Virus record (IMG/VR): IMGVR_UViG_3300033552_000004
Span: 2,415 to 66,414 of that record
Source: a virus
DNA length: 64,000 bases
Strand: one strand, 5' to 3'
Of this stretch, positions 47,401 to 57,721 are shown one piece after another (the first letter of the stretch is position 1; each line of letters begins with the position of its first letter). The position numbers and the translations under genes were made by a program. The notes beneath the pieces were generated by a model. It did not search any database and was not told where the DNA came from. It saw only the letters and a list, made by a program, of their open reading frames with translations.

Positions 47401-50400
47401 TTAATTTGCGCGAACGCACATGATTGAAACCTCAACCGTTGCACCGGGGGCCGCAGCAAACGTCACTGTCTCGCCAAACCCGTCATTGCTGACAACGTAA
47501 GCCTTGGTAGCACCGCCACGACGCAGCAGACCAGCCGAATACACAGCCTTCACCGTGTAGCCCTTTGGCACTGGAAAGACAACTTGTGCGGCGATAGCAT
47601 CAAACTCGAAGAACACCGGCACCTTGCCCAGAGCCTTGCGAGCTTCTTCTTTACGCCGCAGTTCGTCACGCAGCAGCATGGCTGGCTGGTAATAGCGTCC
47701 TGCCGTTGCTCCACCAGTCAGGATACTGCCTTGCCCTGCAGACAGCGAAGTGACTGCACCAACTGGTGTAGCTAGCGAATCAACCCGAACAAGGTCACGC
47801 ATTCCAGACCTACCCCATGACGTGCCAACGTGCAAGAGGTTAGTCTCGTCGTCGTAGGCAAGTGCTGTGACTGCGGTGCTGGTGCCGTCTATCGTGCATT
47901 GCGCGCCTGTTTGAAACATAGGCAACTCAGTGCGATAGATTAGTGCAAGTTGGTCAGCACTAGGCACAGTAGCGGAAGACTTCAGCAGCGTCAAAGAGCC
48001 GGGGAACGGCGCATCCAGCGTGCGGCTGTTGCCGATTGTCAGCACCGCATTGCTGTTGTTCAACGTCAACAGTGGTGTGCCAGTAGCGGATGCCACTTCA
48101 AACCCATTGACGCTGATTGCCAGCTTGCCGGTTGTAGAGTAAGTAGCCCTTATTCTTGACATCGTGCCGGTGTTGTAACTAACAGTTGTCACTGCAGTGC
48201 GAGTTGTGGTGCCGTCAAAAGCTGTGGCAACATACCTGCCTGCTGCATCTTGCCCAAGTTTTATGCTTGGGCCGGTGGGTGCGCTACGCTCCGCAATGAT
48301 GGATGGCCCCACTTCGCGGATAGAGATGGAGTCAAGCGTCACATCGACGTTGGTTGTTGAGCGTGTGAAGGCAAAGTTCGTCGCTCCTGCACCAGCAAGT
48401 CCAATCATCTTGACCGTGCCCACGGAACCCCCAAAGTTAAGCGTTCCGCCTGTCTTTGGGTCAACCAACTGGTCTGTCTTGAGTACCCCGCTTACCCAAG
48501 CGGAAGTCGTTACTGTCAGCTCGTAAATCTTGCCCGCCGTCAGCTCAAACAAGGTTCTAGATACAACCAAGTTGGGTGTGGTGGTGTCGGACTGAAACCG
48601 CACCGCACCATTGGCAAACGTGACAATATGAGTAGCGTCCGTATTTGTTGCCGCCCAGTTTGTCGAGCCACTGTTGAAGTCGCCGTTAGGCATCAGCTCT
48701 GCACTGACAATTGGATAGTTCCCCGGTACTGGTGAAGTTGCTGGGAAGTTAGCCCAAGCACCAAAGCTCCACTCTCCCGTACCAAAGTCAAAGTTGGTGC
48801 TGTACAACTGCTGCAAATAATTAGCAGCACTCCAGCCGCTATAACCCACCAGGTTTGCGCCTGCTGCTACTGGCGCTTTGGTAATGGAGCCAAAGATGCT
48901 CAGGCCGTTGGCTTTGACGCTGCGGTCACTGGCGGCTAGCTTGACTGAGATGTTGTCAACGTCTAGGTATTCTCCTGCAAGTGCTGTTGAGTTTGTCCCT
49001 AATAGGAAGGACACAGAATTGGCCGTTGCTACAAAACTACCCGAGTAAGCGCCGACTGCCGCGATACCAACAACTGGGCTTGCGCCTATGTTCAGGGAAT
49101 ATCCTTTACCCGCTGCGCTATTTGCAATAATAGTGAATCTGTAGCTGTACGTTTTCCCCGCTACAAGTGTGAGGGTCTGATGCATACCTTGACCGCCGCC
49201 GCTGGTGGTGTTGGTTATACGGGCCGCTCCCGCAACGACAGAAAGGGTTGACGCTTGAGCTACCCACCCTGCCGCATCAGTATCAAAAATCCCATTCGTC
49301 ACCAACTCAGGCGCAGTGAGAGTCTCCGCAGTCGTATCAGCAAGCGTAGTCAGCCTTGCATCGCCTACCTGCCAGCCGGTGTTAAAAGCGTTAGTGATGT
49401 GGGCAACCATGCTTTTAGCAGGGATGGCTGGGCTTTCTTTAAGCACAAATATCCCGGATGCAGCCGACAACACCAAGTTGCCGGAAGTGACAGCGGTAAA
49501 CTGGCCGTGCCCGGTGTCAACAGACGGCAGAGGGGGCAAGCCTGATGCGCCAGCGTAAACAGCCAGTCGCGTGGATGTTGTGGATGATGCTGCTGGTATA
49601 TCAAAAACTATCGCATTAGTTATTCCAGAGTAGCTGGCGACAATGTTATTTCGGCTGTTGAATTTAATTGTCTTGACTATAGATGACCCAGTTGTTGGGT
49701 GAGCACCTGTGATGTTCACCGCCACCCCGTCATCCCGAATAACACTCAAACCACCCATAGTAGCCACAGCCACAGTAGGCACAGGCAGACCAGTAGCAGG
49801 GTCAATAGGGGCGTTGTCTAACACTGTTGCGGTTACGTCGTTAATTAATCGGCTGACAAGAGCAATCGTCTTACGCAAGCCGTCCGGAGTAGCCGCCGAA
49901 GCTACGTTCCTACGTGAAATTCCGACGCTGTATGCGTCCGCACCTGTAATGTGGACGATGGAACGCATGGTGTCCGTAAGGAACTCAAAAATTGACAGCG
50001 CCCCGTTGCTGTCAGATGTACCAACATACAAAATGCCGTTGATCGCAAAAGCAGTTGAAATCGTCGTTCCGTATATCCACCCTAACGCCCCCACTACACC
50101 CTTGCACACCATCCACATCGGGCATCCAACTTGCGTCAGGTCATAGATAACAACCCGAGCCGCTTCTACAAAGATACCCACTTGCTCAGGAAACTCCCGC
50201 ACATTGCCCCGGAACACTTCAGTTTGTCCGTAGGTGCTGTTAAGCGCGTAATACTTGCCGTCAGTGGTGTTCTGGTAGTAGCTGTTGGCTAGTGCGCTGT
50301 ATGGGACGTAGGGTGTGGCTACGGTGGTGACTTCTTTAATGGAGACACTATCTATAGACCCAGCCCCTGCAGTGCTCCTGAATAAATAAAACCACGATGT

Positions 50401-52452
50401 AGTCGTAGTTGCGGTAAACACATAACTTACAGTTACACCGTTAATATTGACAGAAGCGTTTCCTGACAAATTTGTAGAATGTTCTATTGTGCCAAGACCA
50501 GAACCAACAAGACCAGAAATACCAACAACCTCTAGCCTATAAACTTTACCAACCTGAGTTGCAAAACTCTGGCTAAGTCTTGCGGCGTTAGTCCCGTCTC
50601 CTGTAAATGTTACAGAGCCGTTACTAGCAACAATTGTCGAGGCACCTGATGTTGTGGCGCTCCACCCTGCCGTACCATTATCAAACCCACCATTGCTGAC
50701 AAGCTCAGGCGATGCGCTGTAGGTGCTTGGGAGGACGCCTACTTGGTTGAGCTTTGCTTGACCAAGATAAACGCCCGACACACCATCTCCAAGGTAACTA
50801 TTAGAAGCGTTGTATAAGACCACGGCACTGTTTAGCGTAGTATCGGTGTCCGTAGCCACTACCAGCACGCAGCGGTAGGTGTTGTTACCGAGGGCTGTTA
50901 TAGATGAGGTGATGTGGCTAAAGCCAGCTCCACTTACGCCGGTAGCGGCCACAGCGCCAGCGCCTGTCAACGTAAATCTGGCGAAGCCTCTGTTAAACAG
51001 GTTTGACGAAGCCACCCACACTTCCGCGCTGGTTCGTTCTCCCGCCGCCAATGTGACAGCAAAAGCGAACACACCGCTTACCGCAGGCTTTGTGTAGGCG
51101 GTATACACATAGTGCTGTGCATTTGTCGAATTTTCGACAATTTTGTCGAGCGTCGTGGTGCCGTCAGGCGCGACCAGCACATTAGGAGTAACTGTAGAAT
51201 TTGCCTTGCCCCAATTGGCATGGTCAACCTGCTCCGCTGCTGTAACCAAATTATCCCCACGCGCAGCCAACTCGTTCGTAGCCTGCCCAAGCCAAGCACC
51301 ATAAATCGACTCAGTAAACCAGCTCTTGTCTTGGCAGCGTTTACGCCACGCTCCACCATCACTGTCTTTACCAGTGTCATAGATAAGTGCTTTGACTACT
51401 GCGCCGTGATGCACCGTCTTGCTGATAGCAGCAAGCGTCTCCATTGGGTAAGTGGATGCGGCCCATGCGGTCAGGGCGAGGTCGCGTGCGGTTCTGGCTT
51501 GGGCTGCGCTTGAAGCTGCGGCAGAGGCTTGTGTGCTGGCCGTTGCGGCTGCTGCTGACGCTGCGGCTGCGTTTGGAGCAACAGTTGCACCATTACCAAG
51601 CAAACTAGAATAGCCAGCAGCATTCAGTTCAGCCACCCTTGCGTATGCAGCGGACGAGGCTGCAGCGGCTTCAGAGGCGGCTGTATTTGTAGCGTGAAAC
51701 CCTGCCGTGTTCTGGAAGCCTTGAGCGTTAGACGCGCTCGTAGCTGCGCTAGAGGCGCTAGTAGCAGCCTCTCCAGCTTTTGTCACAGCGATGTCTTTAG
51801 AGCCTACAGCCAGGTCGCGGGCAGTAGTTGTTGTCAGCCTGTCAGCGGCTGCAGCAGAGGCAGAGTTGTTGGCGTTAGTAGCAGCAGTGGACGCTGTCGT
51901 TGCGGAGGTAGCTGCGTTGGTCGCAGAAGTAGAAGCTGCACTTGCAGAGCCAGACGCACCAGATGCACTCGTAGAGGCATTTGTAGCAGAGGTGGCTGCA
52001 TTGGTTGCAGACGCGGCTGACGCAGACGCAGACGTCGATGCAGCAGATGCTGTGGACGCTACGGAGGTTTGTGAAGCAGAGGCAGCAGACGCGGAAGCGG
52101 CTGCGGCTACCTTGCTTGCATCAGCGGCAATGGCGCTGTTGTTGGCAGCAGCAGCGGCTGTGTCAACAGCCGTCTTAGCAGTGGCTACAGCGGATGCGTT
52201 AGTCGAAGCCTCGCTGGCCTTAGTCGTGGCTGTCGTAGCGCCTGTAGACGCCGTTGTAGCGGAGCTAGCAGCAGCGTTCTGTGATGCAAGAGCAGCTGTT
52301 GCCGAAGCAATGGCAGCGTCCCGTGCAGCTACGGCTGCGGCAACATTACTTGCTGTTGTGCCGGGAGCCGCAATTGCTGCGTTAAACAAGTCATCAATCT
52401 CATTGAGCTTGGCAATGTAGTCTTTTTGACCCACAAAAAATTTAGTTGACAT
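47401..52452 (-). CDS. tail fibre/receptor-binding protein with carbohydrate-binding and LamG-like domains
   Basis: Ala/Ser/Thr-rich stalk; three EL..NG.F....GW/NW CBM-like repeats; LamG-like F.TG.WSFGAW...LTIG. Confidence 0.85.
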   Translation of the reverse strand: MSTKFFVGQKDYIAKLNEIDDLFNAAIAAPGTTASNVAAAVAARDAAIASATAALASQNAAASSATTASTGATTATTKASEASTNASAVATAKTAVDTAAAAANNSAIAADASKVAAAASASAASASQTSVASTASAASTSASASAASATNAATSATNASTSASGASGSASAASTSATNAATSATTASTAATNANNSASAAAADRLTTTTARDLAVGSKDIAVTKAGEAATSASSAATSASNAQGFQNTAGFHATNTAASEAAAASSAAYARVAELNAAGYSSLLGNGATVAPNAAAASAAAATASTQASAAASSAAQARTARDLALTAWAASTYPMETLAAISKTVHHGAVVKALIYDTGKDSDGGAWRKRCQDKSWFTESIYGAWLGQATNELAARGDNLVTAAEQVDHANWGKANSTVTPNVLVAPDGTTTLDKIVENSTNAQHYVYTAYTKPAVSGVFAFAVTLAAGERTSAEVWVASSNLFNRGFARFTLTGAGAVAATGVSGAGFSHITSSITALGNNTYRCVLVVATDTDTTLNSAVVLYNASNSYLGDGVSGVYLGQAKLNQVGVLPSTYSASPELVSNGGFDNGTAGWSATTSGASTIVASNGSVTFTGDGTNAARLSQSFATQVGKVYRLEVVGISGLVGSGLGTIEHSTNLSGNASVNINGVTVSYVFTATTTTSWFYLFRSTAGAGSIDSVSIKEVTTVATPYVPYSALANSYYQNTTDGKYYALNSTYGQTEVFRGNVREFPEQVGIFVEAARVVIYDLTQVGCPMWMVCKGVVGALGWIYGTTISTAFAINGILYVGTSDSNGALSIFEFLTDTMRSIVHITGADAYSVGISRRNVASAATPDGLRKTIALVSRLINDVTATVLDNAPIDPATGLPVPTVAVATMGGLSVIRDDGVAVNITGAHPTTGSSIVKTIKFNSRNNIVASYSGITNAIVFDIPAASSTTSTRLAVYAGASGLPPLPSVDTGHGQFTAVTSGNLVLSAASGIFVLKESPAIPAKSMVAHITNAFNTGWQVGDARLTTLADTTAETLTAPELVTNGIFDTDAAGWVAQASTLSVVAGAARITNTTSGGGQGMHQTLTLVAGKTYSYRFTIIANSAAGKGYSLNIGASPVVGIAAVGAYSGSFVATANSVSFLLGTNSTALAGEYLDVDNISVKLAASDRSVKANGLSIFGSITKAPVAAGANLVGYSGWSAANYLQQLYSTNFDFGTGEWSFGAWANFPATSPVPGNYPIVSAELMPNGDFNSGSTNWAATNTDATHIVTFANGAVRFQSDTTTPNLVVSRTLFELTAGKIYELTVTTSAWVSGVLKTDQLVDPKTGGTLNFGGSVGTVKMIGLAGAGATNFAFTRSTTNVDVTLDSISIREVGPSIIAERSAPTGPSIKLGQDAAGRYVATAFDGTTTRTAVTTVSYNTGTMSRIRATYSTTGKLAISVNGFEVASATGTPLLTLNNSNAVLTIGNSRTLDAPFPGSLTLLKSSATVPSADQLALIYRTELPMFQTGAQCTIDGTSTAVTALAYDDETNLLHVGTSWGRSGMRDLVRVDSLATPVGAVTSLSAGQGSILTGGATAGRYYQPAMLLRDELRRKEEARKALGKVPVFFEFDAIAAQVVFPVPKGYTVKAVYSAGLLRRGGATKAYVVSNDGFGETVTFAAAPGATVEVSIMCVRAN

Positions 52453-53276
52453 TAGATTTCCTCTATTTCGATTGATGTGTTGTATTGGTTAGCAAACTGG
52501 TAGCGTATGCCGCCCTGCTGTGAGAGCTTTCCGTACAGGCTAAAAACCTGTTCTTCCACGGCATCTGTGGACTGCGGAGTCAAGCTGAAAAATACAGGCC
52601 TGGACATTCCGTTTATTCTTGATATATTCCAAATGATGTTCCTGTCTTCGGCTGGCATCAGAGAGAGGTCAAGGCTGATCTTCTTAAACATAGCGCCCCG
52701 GTCTGTGCGGAGGTCGCCAGCATCGCTGCGCTCATGCTTACTGAGGTCTGCCATAGTGATTTGCACAGCGCCGTGTTCAGCGTTGTTAAGCGGACTCCAG
52801 TAGGCTCCGACAACAAGCCTCGCAGCTTCTATATAGGTGCTGCCCGTATCGACAATGTCGATGACTAGCTTCTTGACAGATGTCTGAGCAAACCAGGCTG
52901 TAGCGTACGCAGAGCCTGCGTAAGCGTAGGAGTTAACGCCTAGCGCTGTTGACCCCCAATCCCAAGCACCTACACCCACTGGACAAGCAAGCACAACGCC
53001 CGTGTCTACAGCTGGAGTAGCATCAGCAGTATTTGTATAGCCTCTCACACGTATAGTGGCTGTTTGAGACAGGCTACAGAAGGGCAATGCGGCCAGGCCG
53101 ATCACTTCTGAGTTAGCCCATGTCAGGGTGATAGAGGCGCTTGTCGTGGCTGTTCGCCACACCTCTGACTTTATATCTGTAAGCAGATTGGCAGCTACAA
53201 GGGTGCCAACACCTGCTGTTGCTGATAGCGTTGCTCTGTCTACTGCATTGTCATATACGACACGTAAGTTAGGCAT
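52452..53276 (-). CDS. minor tail protein
   Basis: 274 aa, beta-rich, YIEA.RLV.G.YW.P; located in the tail module. Confidence 0.7.
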   Translation of the reverse strand: MPNLRVVYDNAVDRATLSATAGVGTLVAANLLTDIKSEVWRTATTSASITLTWANSEVIGLAALPFCSLSQTATIRVRGYTNTADATPAVDTGVVLACPVGVGAWDWGSTALGVNSYAYAGSAYATAWFAQTSVKKLVIDIVDTGSTYIEAARLVVGAYWSPLNNAEHGAVQITMADLSKHERSDAGDLRTDRGAMFKKISLDLSLMPAEDRNIIWNISRINGMSRPVFFSLTPQSTDAVEEQVFSLYGKLSQQGGIRYQFANQYNTSIEIEEI

Positions 53277-53301
53277 TCATTCCCTCTTCCTTTGTTTGGA
53301 G

Positions 53302-53883
53302 CTACCAAACGATAGCCTCCACTTCTGCGATTGTTGTGGCTGCTGCCAGTTGTGCCTTTAGGGCTTGTGAGCGGGCAAAGTTGGCTGAACCTTGTGCTAC
53401 CATTGCCTTGTAGAACAGAGTCCATGCAGCTACGTCGGATATGCCGACGTAGGTGTTGTCAACGGCCTTCCAGCCACCGACCCAACCGTCAGGCATCCCA
53501 TTAGTGAGAGTGACGATTCCGTGCACGACGTCGATGTCGCTGCGAGACAAACCATCAACAGCGATTTGCTTACCGGAGTAAATAAAGTGAGACTGATTGG
53601 CGCGGAGCCTTTCAGAATTTATTTCAGCGTACTTGGAAGTTTTAAGGTCTACAAGTGTTCTGGGGTCTAGCCACTGTTTTGTACTGTAGTCAAAGTTGTG
53701 ATTATCAGACAGCTTAGGGGGAAAAGCGACCAGAGAGCCGTTATGAACGTAGTGAGTCAACCCTACAAAATCAGGCACATCTAGCTGTAGCTGACTGACC
53801 CCCTCTTCAGGAGTGAAAGCAACCTTAGCCGTCTTCAGTATTCTGCCTGTAGTGGTTTCGTAGCAAACGTATCCATTTGTCAT
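53302..53883 (-). CDS. DUF4376-like tail-fibre assembly protein
   Basis: FDY..KQW, WKA.DN, LK..L.AA.T..EV.AI.W. Confidence 0.75.
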   Translation of the reverse strand: MTNGYVCYETTTGRILKTAKVAFTPEEGVSQLQLDVPDFVGLTHYVHNGSLVAFPPKLSDNHNFDYSTKQWLDPRTLVDLKTSKYAEINSERLRANQSHFIYSGKQIAVDGLSRSDIDVVHGIVTLTNGMPDGWVGGWKAVDNTYVGISDVAAWTLFYKAMVAQGSANFARSQALKAQLAAATTIAEVEAIVW

Positions 53884-56252
53884 ACTTTATTCTCCAGTAT
53901 CGCTAAGTTAGCGCTTACCTGTACGTAAGACTCAGCGCCAAAAGATTGGGAAACAGTAGGCTGTCCGCTGTTTCTAGGCTCTACGTTGACAGTCACAGAG
54001 AACGTGTGAGAGCCTGCCTGCATAACTGTTGTCCTAAACATTATGTTTATATGGCCCTTACCAATGTTACTCCCCGGTATTTTCTGTACGTATATAAAGC
54101 TTGAGTCCTGATTGCTTGATCCTCCAGAACCGTCTATACGTATACCTGCTGACATGTAAAAATAGTCTATGCCTAAGAGGTTTGCAACTGCGGAAATGTC
54201 TATCCTTGCAAACACCATAACGGGCACGCCTAGCCCGCTTGCAACAAAGGTAGCAGTCTCTGAAGGGTAAGCCGTGTAATGGGGGTCAGCAGGCGCAGGG
54301 TAAAAAGTTTGAGCATTCACAAACCCTGCCGTGGAAGCACTGGCCGAACCGACCTCAAGGTTTATGGTTTTTATGCTGTTAGTCTCAATGCCTGCACTGG
54401 TTATCCTTGTCCCCGTACCACCCAACGACCACGGCGAAGGTGTCGTCTGATTGACAGTTGCGGCGGCGACTAGCGGACAGGCTGCGAACATATAGCTCTC
54501 AGCGCTCCCCGGCGCTGTGGCTGTTTTTAAAACCAGCAAAACTGCACTTGTCGCGCCCGCTGGCGCTGTGCAGAACCCTGTCAGGCGCTTGTATGAGTCA
54601 AGGGCTATACCCCCAAGCTGCGCCTGCGCGTTATCTGTTGACGCCGAGAAGTAAACAAGATCGGTTCCGGCAGAATTGCGAAAAGCGATTTGTACAGTGA
54701 CCGTGCAGCCGTGTGCGCCCGTATACGCGCTGAACTCGTACCGAGTTCCAGCACTGACGGGAACTGGCTTTGAATACGCATACTGGAATACACCTGCGTT
54801 ACCTGCGTAAAAGTTGTTAGGCTGATAGATGTATAAGGTATTGCTCCCAGCCAGCGTCCATGTGGTTGCCAAGTTGGTCGCCATAACGGCACTGACGTCA
54901 AAGCCACCAGACGCCAATGCCCAATAGCTTGTGCCGTGCGCAAAGCCTGAGTTGTCGAGGAGGTTGTTACCTAGCCCGACATTGAGCTTGTCAGTTGTTA
55001 CCGAGCCAGCCGTCAGCTTTTGGGCGTCTAGGTCAGCGATCTGGGCGTTGCCGATAGCAGCGCCGGATATGAACGTGGTGATATTAGCGGAATCAATCTT
55101 GCCGCCAGTGGTTCCTGCTATCCTTCCAAAGGAAAGCGGCACTCCAGACGAAAGTATTATGTTACCACTAGTGTCACGAACTGTCAACCCCCGTGTAAGG
55201 ACATTGTCGGCATTCAGCAGGTTTGTCTGCATCTGTGTAGCACCGATAGTGCCAGAAACTATGAGGTTTCCGTCCACTACTGCGTTGACAATTACCCAAC
55301 CACCAGCCGTATAAAACCTCGTCTGTGAAAACCCTTGCGAGGTGTTGTATTGCGTGACAACGTCATTCAGCACAGGCCCGCCGTCAGCGGATGCAGTGGT
55401 CGTAGCTAGCGAGTCAGAGTACGTGGCTGTAGTGCCTGTCAAGGTCACATAGTAAGTCCTAGACCCGCGTAAGCCATTCGTACCTGTCGCCCCGTTTGTG
55501 CCTGGTGCGCCAGCCTTCGATTTGGATATAGTGAATACCTTGTCTATCGTGACTGAGCCGAAAGTAGCCCTCAATAGTAGCGTTGCTACGTCAGTCGTGG
55601 TTGGGTAGCCGCCTGACACTGAGTAAGCGCCTGTGGTGGCGTTTATAGTCGCTGTAAGAGCGCTGGTGTTGCCCCCGGCTGGGATACTGAAAGAACACAA
55701 CGAAGTGATGTCGTTGACGCCTTGGAACACTTTAAAGTTGCCGCTAGCACCTGTATACGCCAGCACATTTCCGAGGTAGTCAGCCGCCACCATGTGCGCT
55801 TCATTGCTCAGGAATCCGATAAGCCCGTCAATACCTTCACGCACCTTGACCAACGTCACTTCGTCGGTGTAGGTTATACCGTCCTGCACCACCGTCAGGC
55901 GAATCATGGCAGTGTCCGTAGACATATTGACGTAAGGGATGGTGACTGACCCGCTCACCAGTGTTGGCACAGGGCTGATAGTCCCCGACACAACCGTGAG
56001 GGTTGGCGTGCTTGTTACGTTCTTAAGGTCGGCTGTCAAAACTGTCGATGACGGGCTTACTGCCCCAGACTTTGCAATCTGGAACACTTGGGTTGTGGCA
56101 TTCAGAAACACCATCTTCGTACCAGCGACGACAAGCCCTAGGCCAGTAACCTGGGACTGGCTTACAACCAGGTTGGGAGCTACCGATACAGTCGCAACTC
56201 GCGGAGAGTACGCTTGCAATATTACATCTCTAGCATTGACTATTGTTGCCAT
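53880..56252 (-). CDS. tail tip/central fibre protein
   Basis: LSNE.H...AD, DGNL.V.G.I, AAIG.AQI, NLL.NSGF motifs of lambda-J-like C-termini. Confidence 0.75.
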   Translation of the reverse strand: MATIVNARDVILQAYSPRVATVSVAPNLVVSQSQVTGLGLVVAGTKMVFLNATTQVFQIAKSGAVSPSSTVLTADLKNVTSTPTLTVVSGTISPVPTLVSGSVTIPYVNMSTDTAMIRLTVVQDGITYTDEVTLVKVREGIDGLIGFLSNEAHMVAADYLGNVLAYTGASGNFKVFQGVNDITSLCSFSIPAGGNTSALTATINATTGAYSVSGGYPTTTDVATLLLRATFGSVTIDKVFTISKSKAGAPGTNGATGTNGLRGSRTYYVTLTGTTATYSDSLATTTASADGGPVLNDVVTQYNTSQGFSQTRFYTAGGWVIVNAVVDGNLIVSGTIGATQMQTNLLNADNVLTRGLTVRDTSGNIILSSGVPLSFGRIAGTTGGKIDSANITTFISGAAIGNAQIADLDAQKLTAGSVTTDKLNVGLGNNLLDNSGFAHGTSYWALASGGFDVSAVMATNLATTWTLAGSNTLYIYQPNNFYAGNAGVFQYAYSKPVPVSAGTRYEFSAYTGAHGCTVTVQIAFRNSAGTDLVYFSASTDNAQAQLGGIALDSYKRLTGFCTAPAGATSAVLLVLKTATAPGSAESYMFAACPLVAAATVNQTTPSPWSLGGTGTRITSAGIETNSIKTINLEVGSASASTAGFVNAQTFYPAPADPHYTAYPSETATFVASGLGVPVMVFARIDISAVANLLGIDYFYMSAGIRIDGSGGSSNQDSSFIYVQKIPGSNIGKGHINIMFRTTVMQAGSHTFSVTVNVEPRNSGQPTVSQSFGAESYVQVSANLAILENKV

Positions 56253-57721
56253 TAAGTGATTACCTCTATCGTTATATGTGGATCAAGCCAGTCTGTTGCC
56301 AGCGAAATGATTTGCCCTCTGACACCAGAAGACAAGCCAAAGCGTGTATGGGTAATCGTCTGCGTACCCCCAAGTTCCTCAAGCATCATGTGGGCGAGGC
56401 CGACGTACTTAAACACCTTGCGCTGCGTACTCACCATGCCAAGACGCCTGTTTGCCTCTGCCGTAGCGTCAGCAGCAGTTAGAAGCAATGTCTCGTCAAG
56501 GACAGGCTCTGTGTAAGTGACATAGTTTGCAGCTGCTAAAGAGTCTGTCCTAGTCACCGTCAGCCATTCGTCCTTGAACAGTGACACATGCTCTTGAGGT
56601 ATGCCAGTCTGGAGGTTGTCCTGCACGGTGTAGTTTTTACAGTAGCCGAGTTTTACGCCTGCCTCAACAACCGGGAACTGCGACAACGCCAAAGAGCGCT
56701 CAAGCATGTCCGTAGAACTTACTGAGCGCCCCGCTGTGGCGCGGGGCAGGCTTAAGGCTACCAATGCCAGCTTGCCAGCACGATTGACCGTCAGACGCCC
56801 TCCTACGCTTGCTACGAGCCTTGTCGTGGACTCAAGTACGTTGGCCCTGTCTTTCAGGTAGAGGCCGACAGGCTGAGTGTTTGATGCAGCGAACGCATCA
56901 AAACTCGTTGCGTCGATTTCAGCCAAGGTGAATCTTTTCTCTACCTGACCAAAACCTATTGCCAACCGCTTCACAAGCGCTGCTATTGTGTTGGCGTAGG
57001 TCGAAGGCTTGTCGCCTTGGACACTGCACGTTACGACGCCCGTAGGCTGCGATGTAAGTCTGAACTTACCCGTGGCAACGAAGGGTGTGAACAACACAGG
57101 GACGCCGTTGTCCCTCACTTCGATGATGCCCTCAATAGGGCCGTTGTGCACCTGATATTCATTCACCGTAGCATCGACCAGGAGTGGCGATACGTTGTGA
57201 CATTCGCCGAAGCACAGAGGAATGAGTGCATCTTTGTTGGCAGTAGAGCCGAGCAGTTTCACCTCTGTCACTGGAGTGTTAAGCCTTTGCAGCTTGTCGC
57301 CCAATTTGAGGTTCAGCCTGCCAGCGTTCTTACTGTCTACACCAACAACAAGGCCACTGAAGATAAGCTTGAAGTCAGACTTGGGCCAGCGCACATCACC
57401 AATATAAATATTGGCAGACCTGTTCACCCATATATCGTCAAGCCAGGAGTCACGGTTGCCCGTAAGGTTGTCTACCTCAATGTCTCCGAATGACAGACTC
57501 ACCCCACCGTCAATCTGCATTGACTCTGTAAACTTCACGCTGCCGACAATTACAGGAGAGTAGTTAGTGTTCGCAGGAGTGTCACCGCTGCCGGTGACGT
57601 ACCCCTTGCTTGACAAGTAGCGAGTGGTTTCGACACCCCCTACTTTCACACCAACTTCCATCAGGACACAGCGAACTCCGCTGGACTCTTTTAACCACTT
57701 TATAAATAATTCATCCGTCAT
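56252..57721 (-). CDS. tail hub/baseplate protein
   Basis: P..FG...NV.P, VRD.GV; directly follows the TMP gene. Confidence 0.7.
   Translation of the reverse strand: MTDELFIKWLKESSGVRCVLMEVGVKVGGVETTRYLSSKGYVTGSGDTPANTNYSPVIVGSVKFTESMQIDGGVSLSFGDIEVDNLTGNRDSWLDDIWVNRSANIYIGDVRWPKSDFKLIFSGLVVGVDSKNAGRLNLKLGDKLQRLNTPVTEVKLLGSTANKDALIPLCFGECHNVSPLLVDATVNEYQVHNGPIEGIIEVRDNGVPVLFTPFVATGKFRLTSQPTGVVTCSVQGDKPSTYANTIAALVKRLAIGFGQVEKRFTLAEIDATSFDAFAASNTQPVGLYLKDRANVLESTTRLVASVGGRLTVNRAGKLALVALSLPRATAGRSVSSTDMLERSLALSQFPVVEAGVKLGYCKNYTVQDNLQTGIPQEHVSLFKDEWLTVTRTDSLAAANYVTYTEPVLDETLLLTAADATAEANRRLGMVSTQRKVFKYVGLAHMMLEELGGTQTITHTRFGLSSGVRGQIISLATDWLDPHITIEVIT

Noticed and set aside
51694-52420. Long plus-strand ORFs opposite the tail fibre
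   Set aside because: Shadow frames of the Ala/Ser/Thr low-complexity stalk
47401-56252. Diversity-generating retroelement targeting tail genes
   Set aside because: No reverse transcriptase and no TR/VR repeat pair seen in the window
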